Of a stretch of 64,000 bases of DNA, positions 38,952-48,661 are shown piece by piece. The position numbers and the translations under genes are program-made. The notes below the pieces were generated by a model. The model saw only the letters and a list, made by a program, of their open reading frames with translations. It searched no databases and had not been told where the DNA came from. Position 1 is the first letter of the stretch, and each line of letters starts with the position of its first letter. The stretch is from Candidatus Helarchaeota archaeon (GTDB lineage Archaea; Asgardarchaeota; Lokiarchaeia; Helarchaeales; RDOG01): assembly GCA_019058315.1 (NCBI GenBank), contig JAHPZH010000001.1, positions 1 to 64,000 of the forward strand, written 5' to 3'.

Positions 38952-39617
38952 ATGCTTTTAGATATTGAAAGGCTGATTAATGAAGACATAGACTTAAGAA
39001 ATGAAATGCGTTCCATTTTCAGAAAGCTAGAAGATGGTTATGGCGATATGATTGAGGTATATGAAAAATTTGAAAAACCATTAATACAAATAATCGATAC
39101 TTTAAAAGAATACGCCAGACAAACCTCAGAAGACCAACAAGATTCCCCATATTTCGCCCTTGCTAAAAAATATGAGTCTTTAATTGACGCACAAAAGCAA
39201 CTCGCTCATACTGTAACAAATGATGTGATATTATTACTTCAAGGAATTGAGAACAAATCAGAACTTTTAAACGATTCGATTAAAGATTTAAATTCCGCTG
39301 CGAAAAACGCTAGAAAATTAAGGAACAAAATTAATAAATTAGATGAACAAATCGAGGAATTAAAAGCTAAAGGTAAACCTGAAAAGGTTCCCAAAAAAGA
39401 AAGCGAAAAACAGATTAAAACATCTGAATTCAATCTTGCGAGGGATAGACTTATTGAAGCAAAAGGGAAGTTTGAAGGTACTCTAGGAAATTTCAACATG
39501 GAACGGGACGATAGTCTAAAAGATGCTTTAGAAAAGTTAGCAGAAGCAGAAAACAAGTATGTAGATGCCTTGAAAGAAATAATTGACGAAGAAAAAGATG
39601 TTGCTGGAAAGCTCTAA
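38952..39617 (+). CDS. Putative BAR-domain (Vps5/SNX-BAR-like) protein 1
   Basis: About 220 aa in three long helices; GKPEK turn; F.MER..SLK.AL..L...E; start chosen from the GGTGA SD and paralog alignment (ORF track starts at 38940). Confidence 0.65.
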   Translation: MLLDIERLINEDIDLRNEMRSIFRKLEDGYGDMIEVYEKFEKPLIQIIDTLKEYARQTSEDQQDSPYFALAKKYESLIDAQKQLAHTVTNDVILLLQGIENKSELLNDSIKDLNSAAKNARKLRNKINKLDEQIEELKAKGKPEKVPKKESEKQIKTSEFNLARDRLIEAKGKFEGTLGNFNMERDDSLKDALEKLAEAENKYVDALKEIIDEEKDVAGKL

Positions 39618-39744
39618 TTATCCATTTATTTTTAACCACTTTTAATTTTTTTAGGATTTTAAATTTCAGATTTAATAAATTAACAAATAATAAAAGGAAA
39701 GAAATCAAATAAATAATTAAAAAATTGGATTGGGTGATATAAAA

Positions 39745-40491
39745 ATGAGTTATGATATTGACACGATTATTGCTGAAGATATCGACGTAAAAAATGAATT
39801 TAATACTATTTTTAAGAACCTTGAAGATGGTTTTAAAGGAATTTTAAGTGTCTATGAAAAACTTGAAAAACCTTATTTACAAATCAGTGAAAATCTTAAG
39901 GAATATGCTAAAGCGACTTCTGAATCTGGGAAAGAAGAATCTTCGCCGTTTTTTAGCCTTGGAAAAAAATATGAAACACTTATAGATAGTCATAAAGAGC
40001 TTTCTCACGATATTACAGACGATGTAGTAATTGTTTTGCAGACCTTAGTTAGTAAATCTGTACTTCTCAATGAAGAATTCAAAGTTTTAAATTCTAGCGT
40101 GAAAGATGTAAGAAATTTGAGAAATAAAATCGCTAAATTAGAGGTTCAAATAGAAGAAGCACATGGTAAAGGTAAACCTGATAAAGCTACAAAAAAGGAA
40201 GCTGAAAAGCAAATAAAACAGGATGAATTAGATTCAGCAAACACTAAATTAAAAAGTAAAAAAGAACATTTTGATAAAACAATCGCAGATTTTAATGAAG
40301 AACGGGATGAAATGTTGAAAAAAGCATTAAAGAAGTTGATAACAGCGGAAAATACACAAATAAAGGCAATAAATGGAATAATTGGTGGATTAGAGAAAGC
40401 TTCTGGAGAAAAAGTCGCTAAAAAGAAAGCCCCTGTCAAAGAAGAACCAGTAGAAGAAGCCCCTGCAGAAGAAGAAGACACTACTGTATAA
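39745..40491 (+). CDS. Putative BAR-domain protein 2 with an acidic/Pro tail
   Basis: Paralog with GKPDK and FNEERDEMLKKAL; tail KKAPVKEEPVEEAPAEEEDTTV (ORF track starts at 39730). Confidence 0.65.
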   Translation: MSYDIDTIIAEDIDVKNEFNTIFKNLEDGFKGILSVYEKLEKPYLQISENLKEYAKATSESGKEESSPFFSLGKKYETLIDSHKELSHDITDDVVIVLQTLVSKSVLLNEEFKVLNSSVKDVRNLRNKIAKLEVQIEEAHGKGKPDKATKKEAEKQIKQDELDSANTKLKSKKEHFDKTIADFNEERDEMLKKALKKLITAENTQIKAINGIIGGLEKASGEKVAKKKAPVKEEPVEEAPAEEEDTTV

Positions 40492-40738
40492 TTAATACAA
40501 ATGGACTACACAAAAAATTCAAATATTACAATCAATTTCATATTTTTATTTTTTTTTTAGAAAATCTTGTTTTGTCTCAATTTTTTTTTTTAGATTCACA
40601 TTTTCTTATGTTCTATATCCTTTAAATTAAAAAAATGATTGGAGATTAAAATAAAATTAATAAAGTATAAAACTATAATAAAAGGAAATAGCAAATTAAA
40701 AATTAAAAGATTAAAGAATTAAAAATGGTGAAAATAAA

Positions 40739-41410
40739 ATGAGTTTTGATCTTGAACAATTAATTTCTGAAGATGTTGACGTAAAAAATGAAATGCATAA
40801 TATTTTCAAGCAGCTAGAAGATGGTTTTCAAGATATACTAAAAAATACTGAAAAATTCGAAGGTCCCTATAATAAAATTATTGAAAATTTAAAAGATTAT
40901 GCGAGAGTAACTACAACGACTGGCAACCAAGAGGATTCGCCATTCTTTGATGTGGCAAAAAAATATGAGGGACTTCTTGATGGTCATAAAGAATATATTC
41001 ATGATGTAACTGATGATGTAATTTTAGTATTGCAGCAATTGATAGGAAAATCCAAATTATTGGATGAAGCAATCAAGGAATTAAGTTCCGCTGCAAAAGA
41101 TGCTAGAAAATTAAAAAATAAACTTGAAAAAATCGATGAAGATATTTCAAACGCGCAAGCTCAAGGTAAATCTGATAAAGCAACAAAAAAACTAGCTGAA
41201 AAAGAAACGAAAACTGCAGAATTTAACTCTGCAAAAGATAAACTAGCAAGCATTTTGGAACGATTTAATGTTAAAATAGATGATTTTAATTCGGAACGAG
41301 ACGAATTAATGAAGAAATCATTAGGTGATTTAATCGCTTCAGAAAAGAAATTAATAGAAGCAATGCAATCAGTGCATGATGAGCTTGATAAAGCAGCGGG
41401 AAGCCTTTAA
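40739..41410 (+). CDS. Putative BAR-domain protein 3
   Basis: Paralog with GKSDK and FNSERDELMKKSL. Confidence 0.65.
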   Translation: MSFDLEQLISEDVDVKNEMHNIFKQLEDGFQDILKNTEKFEGPYNKIIENLKDYARVTTTTGNQEDSPFFDVAKKYEGLLDGHKEYIHDVTDDVILVLQQLIGKSKLLDEAIKELSSAAKDARKLKNKLEKIDEDISNAQAQGKSDKATKKLAEKETKTAEFNSAKDKLASILERFNVKIDDFNSERDELMKKSLGDLIASEKKLIEAMQSVHDELDKAAGSL

Positions 41411-41517
41411 AACTTTTTATTTTTTTTATTCTAATCTATTTTTCCCTTTAACTGATATTTTCTATAATTCTTATTATCTTTTTTTTATTAAAATTAGAAA
41501 TTACCCGTTGCATCGGG

Positions 41518-41560
41518 GAGTCATTTCATAACACAAGTTTATTTATGAAATTCATTCTCT
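41518..41560 (-). promoter_or_regulatory. Eukaryote-like SECIS element of the Sec-hdrA mRNA
   Basis: Minus strand GAGA-AUGAA-UUUCAUAA-AU-AAACUU-GU-G-UUAUGAAA-UGA-CUC: AUGA/GA core, 8-bp perfect helix extendable to ~11 bp, apical AAA. Confidence 0.8.
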
Positions 41561-43531
41561 TTTTATTGAGATTTCTGTCTCTTCGGCGAAAAGATTGTCG
41601 ATATACGACTCAAATTGTGTATTTCCATATGCTTTAAGGGTCATAGCGTTATTCTTACATATAGCTGCACATGCTCCACAACCACGACAGAACATTTCAT
41701 TTACCTTTATTTTATTATTTTCCAATGATATTGCTTGGTAAGGACAAATAATCACGCATTGTCCACATCTGCTGCATATTTCATCATCTACTTTTGCGCG
41801 TATTAATTCCATTTCATAGACTCCTGTTGTCATCGGAATTGCAGCCGAAGCAGCAGCTCCTTTTCCTTGATTAACAGTTGCATCAACCGCTTTGGGACCT
41901 TGAGCAACACCTGCGACATAAATTCCGGGTATTTTAGTCCTTACTGGATCTAATCGTTGGTGAAATTCTTTTATAAATCCATCAGGGCTTTTTTCCAATC
42001 GTAATTGTTCTGCTATCTTCTCTGTGCCTTCAGAAGGTTCCATAGCAACTGAAAGAACTACCAATTCTGCTTCCAACTTTTTGATCTCTCCATTAAGAGT
42101 ATCTTCAACGCGTAAAATTACATTTTTTGTTTCCGGATCCTCCTTAACCTCTGCAATATTTCCACGGAGAAATTTAATCCCTAATTCTCGCATACGTTTG
42201 TAATATTCTTCGTATGCTTTTCCAGGTGTCCTAATATCCATGTAACAAATTGTAATATCCGTATCTGGGTTTTCATTTTTTAATAGACCAGCATTTTTAA
42301 TAGCTACAAGACAGCAAACTCCAGCACTGCAATATTCATTAGTTTCAACGCTTCTTGAACCAACACATTGTATCATGACTACTTTACTAGGGAATTTATC
42401 ATCAGAAATTCTCCTAAATTCACCAAAAGTAGGTCCATTTGGGCTTAAAAGACGTTCCAATTGCAACTGGGTTATAACATTTTCGTACTTACCAAAACCA
42501 AATGCACCTGCTGGATCAAAAGTTTTGAACCCACTTGCTACAATTATAGTTCCTACGTTAATTGTCAATTCTTCAGGTTGTTGATCGAAATCAATTGCTT
42601 CTTCCTCGCATTCCCGAACACATAATCGGCATTTAATACACTTATCTTCATCTATTGTGTATTTTAATGGGACAGCTTGCGGAAATAACGTGTATATAGC
42701 TCTTCTGGTGTTATACCCGAAATTAAATTCGTTAGGTACTTGAATCGGACATACTTCGTCACAGGCCCCACAACCTGTACATTTATCTTCATTCACAAAT
42801 CTCGGTTTTTTCAAGATTTTCACTTGAAAATTACCGATATATCCCTGTATTTCCTTTATTTCACTGTATGTAATTAATTCAATATTAGGGTGGCTACCAG
42901 TTTCAAGCATTAGCGGTCCAAGAATTCAGATACAACATTCGTCTGTGGGGAAAATTCGATCGAACATTGCAGTATGTCCACCAATCGTGGTAGATTTTTC
43001 CACTAAGTACACTTTAAATCCTTGATCTGCGAGACTTAGGGCGCTAGTCATCCCAGCAATACCACCGCCAACAACTAATACTTTAGGATCTATATCAACC
43101 CGTTTAATCGGAATCAATTCCAGGAGCGCAGCTTTATGAACTGCTGCTCTTAGCAAATCCTTTGCCATATTAGTCGCTATCTTTGGTTCATTACGATGAA
43201 CATATGAATCATGCTCTCGAATATTTACGAACTCAAGCATACTGGGGTCTAATCCGTTATCTTTTAGAACCCTTCGGAAAACTCTTTGGTGTGTCTGAGG
43301 AGTGCAAGCAGCAACTAATATACGATTCAACCCAAATTCCTTGATCTTTTCCGCAATTAAGGCAGCACCAGCTTCGGTACACATGGAAATATATTCCTCA
43401 GAAACTGATACTAATGGTAGTGATTTTGCGTATTTGACGACTTCTGGGACATTAATAATATCGGCAATATTTTTACCTCAGCGACAAACAAAAACTCCAA
43501 TGCGAATAGTATCTTCAGTCAACGCTCTCAT
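41552..43531 (-). CDS. hdrA: Selenocysteine-containing HdrA (659 aa, two in-frame UGA read as Sec18 and Sec202)
   Basis: One continuous frame from ATG 43531: IGVFVCR-UGA-GKNI (43478-43480; paralogs CHCGINI) and FPTDECCI-UGA-ILGP (42926-42928; paralogs CSICILAP). It joins ORF-track fragments 42926-43384 and 41552-42910; SECIS at the 3' end. Confidence 0.9.
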
Positions 43532-43946
43532 CACCACCTCCATTATTTTTTTTAAGTGGATTTGGTCCTAATTTTTTAATATTTTCTGTAAATTCTTGAA
43601 CAGTATGTGAAAATTTAGATCCTTCACTTGCAGAAACCCATTCAAGTCGAAGTCGTTCTGCACCAAGACCTAGATTTTCAAGTACATTTTTTAAACTTGA
43701 CATACGCTTTTCAGCAGCTAGATTCCCAGAGATGTAATGACAATCGCCAGGATGACAGCCCCCAACTAATACTCCATCAACTCCATTTTCAAAAGCTTTC
43801 AAAATGAAGACTGGATCTACCCTACCAGAACACATAACTCGGATAACACGTATAGTAGGTGGGTACTGAAATCTGCTGACTCCAGCTAGGTCTGCCCCAG
43901 CATAGCTGCACCAATTACATAGGAATGCTAATATTTTTGGGAACAA
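43515..43946 (-). CDS. mvhD: MvhD [2Fe-2S] subunit (all-Cys form)
   Basis: AFLCNWCSYAGAD, MCSGR, GCHPGDCHY; overlaps the Sec-hdrA start. Confidence 0.92.
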   Translation of the reverse strand: MFPKILAFLCNWCSYAGADLAGVSRFQYPPTIRVIRVMCSGRVDPVFILKAFENGVDGVLVGGCHPGDCHYISGNLAAEKRMSSLKNVLENLGLGAERLRLEWVSASEGSKFSHTVQEFTENIKKLGPNPLKKNNGGGDESVD

Positions 43947-44143
43947 ATAAAGTGACCTCTAAAATAATATCGAAATGTTTATCATAAATTTTTGCTTAAT
44001 TGAAAAGATACTTTGATTAAAAATCCCATAAGAATTTAAAAATGATTTTACAAGTTCCAGAAAAAATTGGGTTCAAGTATATTTTATAACCATTATAAAA
44101 TAATTCTTGACATTAGTTCAAGATATTAAACAGCTAAATTTAA

Positions 44144-44974
44144 GTGAGCTTTTTGACAAAAAAAATTAAAATTATCTATCAAGAGGCTGATTGGAAAGAT
44201 GGATTTGATCCTGATAATATAAAATTCGATGATGAGACTGATGAAACCGCCACATATGAAATTATTAGGCAAAATCTAATATATGAAGATATTGAAGAAG
44301 AAATTCCTGCTAATGTTGATATTATAGACCTTCATCAGTTAGGAATTTCAAAAATTGATACTCACCAATTTGCCAAATTCCCCAAATTAAATGAAATTGT
44401 TCTTGGTTATAACCGTTTAGGGTTTCCAGACCCCTTTGATCTTTCAGGTCTCTCAAAATGTAAGAAATTAGAAGTACTTATCCTAGAGCGTAATTCACAT
44501 CGTTGGATTAACCTTACTCCTCTCGGATCTTGTCCTAAATTTAAAGGAATTACATTACGAGCAAATGTAATTGGGCAGATAGATTTATCACCCTTTAGCA
44601 AATGCCCAAAATTTGAAACACTTGAAATCCCTATGAATCGCCTAAAACATATTGATCTTAAACCTCTTGCGAAATGTCCTAAATTTAAATGGCTCGCCTT
44701 GGATTCCAACCAACTGCAGCATATTGATCTTTCACCACTAGCAAATTGCCCTAAACTGGAAGGTTTATATCTTCAGGACAATCAATTAAAAAATATTGAC
44801 CTTTCGCCTCTTACAAATTGCCATAATTTAAGTGATATCACTCTAAATAAAAACCAGTATGAGTTTATTGACCTAACGCCACTCGCTTCATGTCCAAACC
44901 TTGAACGTGTAGTTATTGATGATGTTAAACATAAGATTCCCAAAGGCGATAATAATTGGTTAAATGTGTATTGA
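44144..44974 (+). CDS. Leucine-rich repeat protein
   Basis: About eight 22-aa repeats of IDLSPLxxCPKLExLxLxxNxL. Confidence 0.9.
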   Translation: MSFLTKKIKIIYQEADWKDGFDPDNIKFDDETDETATYEIIRQNLIYEDIEEEIPANVDIIDLHQLGISKIDTHQFAKFPKLNEIVLGYNRLGFPDPFDLSGLSKCKKLEVLILERNSHRWINLTPLGSCPKFKGITLRANVIGQIDLSPFSKCPKFETLEIPMNRLKHIDLKPLAKCPKFKWLALDSNQLQHIDLSPLANCPKLEGLYLQDNQLKNIDLSPLTNCHNLSDITLNKNQYEFIDLTPLASCPNLERVVIDDVKHKIPKGDNNWLNVY

Positions 44975-45021
44975 TGATTTAATAATTTAAAAGGATTAAG
45001 TCTTCCCCAAACCAAAAAACC

Positions 45022-46164
45022 TCAAATAAGATAAGCACTTTTAGCTACAAACGTAGCAAAATCCTCGATTTGAATCTTAAATTCTTTTTCACTAGGTTCT
45101 TCTTTTAATTCATGTTTTAAGCAGTTAAAATGCATCTGACATTTTGGACAAGTTGTGACTAGAATTTCAGCACCCGTATTTTCAGCTTCGGTTAATCGTA
45201 AATTTCTTAAAGTTTTTGTTTCAATATTGCAATTAATCCATGAATTAACACCACAACATTGGGCATCTTCACGAGAATTTTCCATTTCGATTAATTCTAC
45301 TCCAGGAATTGCTTGAAGAACTTTGCGAGGGGCATCATAAATTCCTAAATGTCTCCCATATCGACAAGGATCGTGATAAGTAATTTTTCTTGGATATTCA
45401 TAAGGAAATTCTAGTTCATTATTCTCAATTTTCTTAAGCAAAAATTCCGCTAATGAAGTAATTTCAAAGTCAAATTTCCTTATGAATCTAGGATAATCAA
45501 TTTTAAAGGTTTTATACCCTTCTGCACAATTAAATATAACTAATTTAGCACCTGACTTTTCGATAGCATTAATATTATATTCTCCTAATTTTCTAAAGGT
45601 CTCTATATCTCCAATCCATAAACTATCATGCCCACAACATTTCTCATCATCTAAGATAGCGGGAATTACTCCCAATTTATTTAAAATCTTGATTGTGCTA
45701 AATGTATTTTTTGAATAATCAACTCCTACCTCAACCATATGTTGTTCGTTATTATAAAATGGAACACAACCCATAAAATATAAAATATCACCAGTTTTAG
45801 AAACTTTTACACCTTTTGGAATAGAACTGATTCGATTAGGTGTTAGTTTTTCGTTTGCCATTATTCTATTTATCAATGAAAAGTAGCCATAATGAGCTTG
45901 TTCAGCTGCCATAGTCCCTTCTTTAAATGATTTTATTCTTTGATTTAAAACAAAATCGGAAAATTTTATGCCCATCGGACATCTAGAGGAACAAAGGTCG
46001 CATGTCAAACATTTCCAGATTTTTTTATTCGCTTTTCCATCAAGTATAAAGTCTTGTGCAATAATCCTTGGTGAAAAATCACTAACTTTTCTTAATGGAC
46101 AAGATCCAGTACATTTTCCGCACTGATAACATGTTCGGATAACTTTCTGGTTTGTAACTGTCAA
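45022..46164 (-). CDS. HdrD/GlpC-like Fe-S oxidoreductase (2x[4Fe-4S] plus two CCG domains)
   Basis: CYQCGKCTGSCP, CLTCDLCSSRCP, FMGC, EKCCGH, YHDPC, CCG, TCPKC. Confidence 0.85.
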   Translation of the reverse strand: MTVTNQKVIRTCYQCGKCTGSCPLRKVSDFSPRIIAQDFILDGKANKKIWKCLTCDLCSSRCPMGIKFSDFVLNQRIKSFKEGTMAAEQAHYGYFSLINRIMANEKLTPNRISSIPKGVKVSKTGDILYFMGCVPFYNNEQHMVEVGVDYSKNTFSTIKILNKLGVIPAILDDEKCCGHDSLWIGDIETFRKLGEYNINAIEKSGAKLVIFNCAEGYKTFKIDYPRFIRKFDFEITSLAEFLLKKIENNELEFPYEYPRKITYHDPCRYGRHLGIYDAPRKVLQAIPGVELIEMENSREDAQCCGVNSWINCNIETKTLRNLRLTEAENTGAEILVTTCPKCQMHFNCLKHELKEEPSEKEFKIQIEDFATFVAKSAYLI

Positions 46165-46563
46165 AATTTATACTCCATAGCTTACCTAATAACATTTTAG
46201 AATATATATTTAAAAAATTTATTAATTAAATAATTTTCCATCCACATTTTCTCGTATTTTCTGGTAATAATAAGATTTATAATCAAAATCATAAATTTAA
46301 ATTTCTTTAACTATCAACCTTTATTATATTTATGTAAAATTATTTCCTACGGAATTCTAATTATTTTATTATATATTTTTTTTTAAATCAAAGACAATTC
46401 AAGAAATCTGGGTATAATAATCATTGAATTATAGTTAAAATTTAGATTAAAGAGAAGTTGTAGGGATTTCCGTAGTTTTTTTCTTCTCAATCACAATCTG
46501 TGTATTTGATAAAACTGAACATTTATTAATTCACAAATCTATCTAATAATACCAAAAAAAAAG

Positions 46564-48300
46564 ATGGGATATATTTTGGAAAAAAAAATTAAAGTAATAA
46601 TCCTAATTGCTATAATTGCTGGGACTGGCGTATTTATTGGTGTGACTGTTGGAATTATGGCTCAACAAGGAGCAATGGATCAAATATTGTTATTACTAGG
46701 TATAACATTACCAAAAAAAACTACATATATTGCACCGACATCGAACCACCCGGAAGACGTTGCAACAGATCTTGGTGGAACAGAAACTATTAATTGGACG
46801 TTATATGATGATGTTGGTCCTGGACAATATAGAGTCTGGGTTAACGATACAAACGACAATTATTACCTCAGGGTAAACTGGACTCCTTGGATTAATGATA
46901 CCAATTTAGCAATATCAATAAATCGTACTTATATGAATGTTGGAATTGTATTTAATTATACTATCGAATTTTATGACAATAATAGTCGTTTTGGTACCCC
47001 TGATACTGTAATGGTAACCCAAAAAATGTGGACGTGGGTGTCGGGAAATAACACAATTAATGAGCAAGGGACTTATGGCACGCAGGGTGTGCCCGCTGCG
47101 GAAAATGTCCCTGGAGCAAGGTATATGAGCGTCTCTTGGAGGGATTCCGATGACAATCTCTGGCTCTTCGGGGGATATGGACGTGATAGTGCAGGTAGCG
47201 AGGGCAGACTTAATGACTTGTGGATGTACAACACGACGAGTGGATGGTGGATGTGGGTATCAGGAAATAACACAATAAATCAAGCAGGGACCTACGGTAC
47301 CCAGGGCGTGCCCGCTCTAGGGAATTTTCCAGGAGCAAGGCAAGAATGCTTCTCTTGGACGGACTCAAATGACAATCTCTGGCTATTCGGAGGATGGACA
47401 CCCATTGGATGGGGTTGGCTTAATGAATTATGGATGTATAACATGACGAGTGGATGGTGGACGTGGGTGTCAGGAAATAACACAATAAATCAGAATGGGA
47501 CCTATGGCACGAAGAGCGTGCCCGCTGCGGGAAATATCCCTGGATCAAGAGATGGAGGCGTCTCCTGGAGGGACTCGAATGATAATCTCTGGCTCTTCGG
47601 GGGATTTGCATTTGATAGTGTAGGTGATCAAGGTAGGGTTAATGACTTGTGGATGTTCAATATAACGAGCGGATGGTGGACTTGGGTGTGGGGAAGTAAT
47701 ATAATAAATCAGGGGGGTATCTACGGCTCGCAGGGTGTCCCCGCTGCGTCAAATGAACCCGGAGCAAGGTTTGATTGCATCTCTTGGACGGACTCAAATG
47801 ACAATCTCTGGCTCTTCGGGGGATTTGGACGTGACAGTACAGGTTTCTATTGGAGACTTAATGACTTGTGGATGTACAACATTACGAGTGGATGGTGGAC
47901 TTGGGTGTCGGGAAGTAATATAGGACAGCAATGGGGGAACTATGGTTCAAGGGGCATGCCCGCTTCGACAAATGTCCCCGGAGCAAGGGATTATAGCGTC
48001 ACTTGGAAGGATACGGATGACAATCTCTGGCTCTTCGGGGGATGGGGACATGATAGTGGAGGCTTATTAAACAAGCTTAATGACTTGTGGATGTTCAACA
48101 TGACGAGTGGATATTGGACCTGGATATCGGGAAGTAATAGAATAAATCAGGCAGGAACCTACGGCACGAAGGGTGTGCCTGCTGCAACAAATGTTCCTGA
48201 AGCAAGGAGAATTCTCGTCTCCTGGACGGACTCCGATGACAATCTATGGCTCTTCGGGGGAGGTGGACTGCTTAATGACCTGTGGAAATATGGAAAGTAA
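46564..48300 (+). CDS. N-terminally anchored surface protein: Ig-like stalk plus six Kelch-like repeats
   Basis: N-terminal TM; PTSNHPED...GPGQYRVWVND stalk; six ~71-aa repeats WTWVSG...PGAR...NLWLFGG...LNDLWMY. Confidence 0.85.
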   Translation: MGYILEKKIKVIILIAIIAGTGVFIGVTVGIMAQQGAMDQILLLLGITLPKKTTYIAPTSNHPEDVATDLGGTETINWTLYDDVGPGQYRVWVNDTNDNYYLRVNWTPWINDTNLAISINRTYMNVGIVFNYTIEFYDNNSRFGTPDTVMVTQKMWTWVSGNNTINEQGTYGTQGVPAAENVPGARYMSVSWRDSDDNLWLFGGYGRDSAGSEGRLNDLWMYNTTSGWWMWVSGNNTINQAGTYGTQGVPALGNFPGARQECFSWTDSNDNLWLFGGWTPIGWGWLNELWMYNMTSGWWTWVSGNNTINQNGTYGTKSVPAAGNIPGSRDGGVSWRDSNDNLWLFGGFAFDSVGDQGRVNDLWMFNITSGWWTWVWGSNIINQGGIYGSQGVPAASNEPGARFDCISWTDSNDNLWLFGGFGRDSTGFYWRLNDLWMYNITSGWWTWVSGSNIGQQWGNYGSRGMPASTNVPGARDYSVTWKDTDDNLWLFGGWGHDSGGLLNKLNDLWMFNMTSGYWTWISGSNRINQAGTYGTKGVPAATNVPEARRILVSWTDSDDNLWLFGGGGLLNDLWKYGK

Positions 48301-48661
48301 AAGAGAACTGAAGAATCTTAAAATCATTACTTACTATTTTTTTTTACTCTAAATCTTAAATTTCATAAAGTCATATGATGAAAAAAGCTATGAAAAATTT
48401 GAAAATTAGATCTATTTAAAATTATTTCTTATAGAGATTTAATGATTCAATAAGAAGAAGATTAGATAAAAAAGGTAAAATCGGAATGAAAATAACATAA
48501 TCAATAACTTAAATAGACCTTTGTGCTTTACTGGGTTTTTCAGATAAGGAAATAATATTTTTTTCTAAATTTTGTTTTTCTTATCTATTCTTATTTCTAG
48601 GAATAGTAGTTATAAAAAAAGTTTTAAATAATTTTTAGTATGTGGTTATGGATTAAAAATA

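Noticed and set aside
38952-41410. ESCRT-III/PspA or SMC fragments
   Set aside because: Helix lengths, the KPDK turn and the F..ER motif fit BAR better; no Walker motifs and no adjacent Vps4 (not excluded without modelling)
41543-41554. Third Sec by read-through of the terminal UGA
   Set aside because: It would add only U-I-S before UAA, aligns to no Cys in the paralogs, and lies inside the SECIS itself
41552-43531. hdrA pseudogene or split gene
   Set aside because: Both stops are TGA at conserved Cys positions, there is no frameshift, and a SECIS-like hairpin follows, so a selenoprotein is more parsimonious
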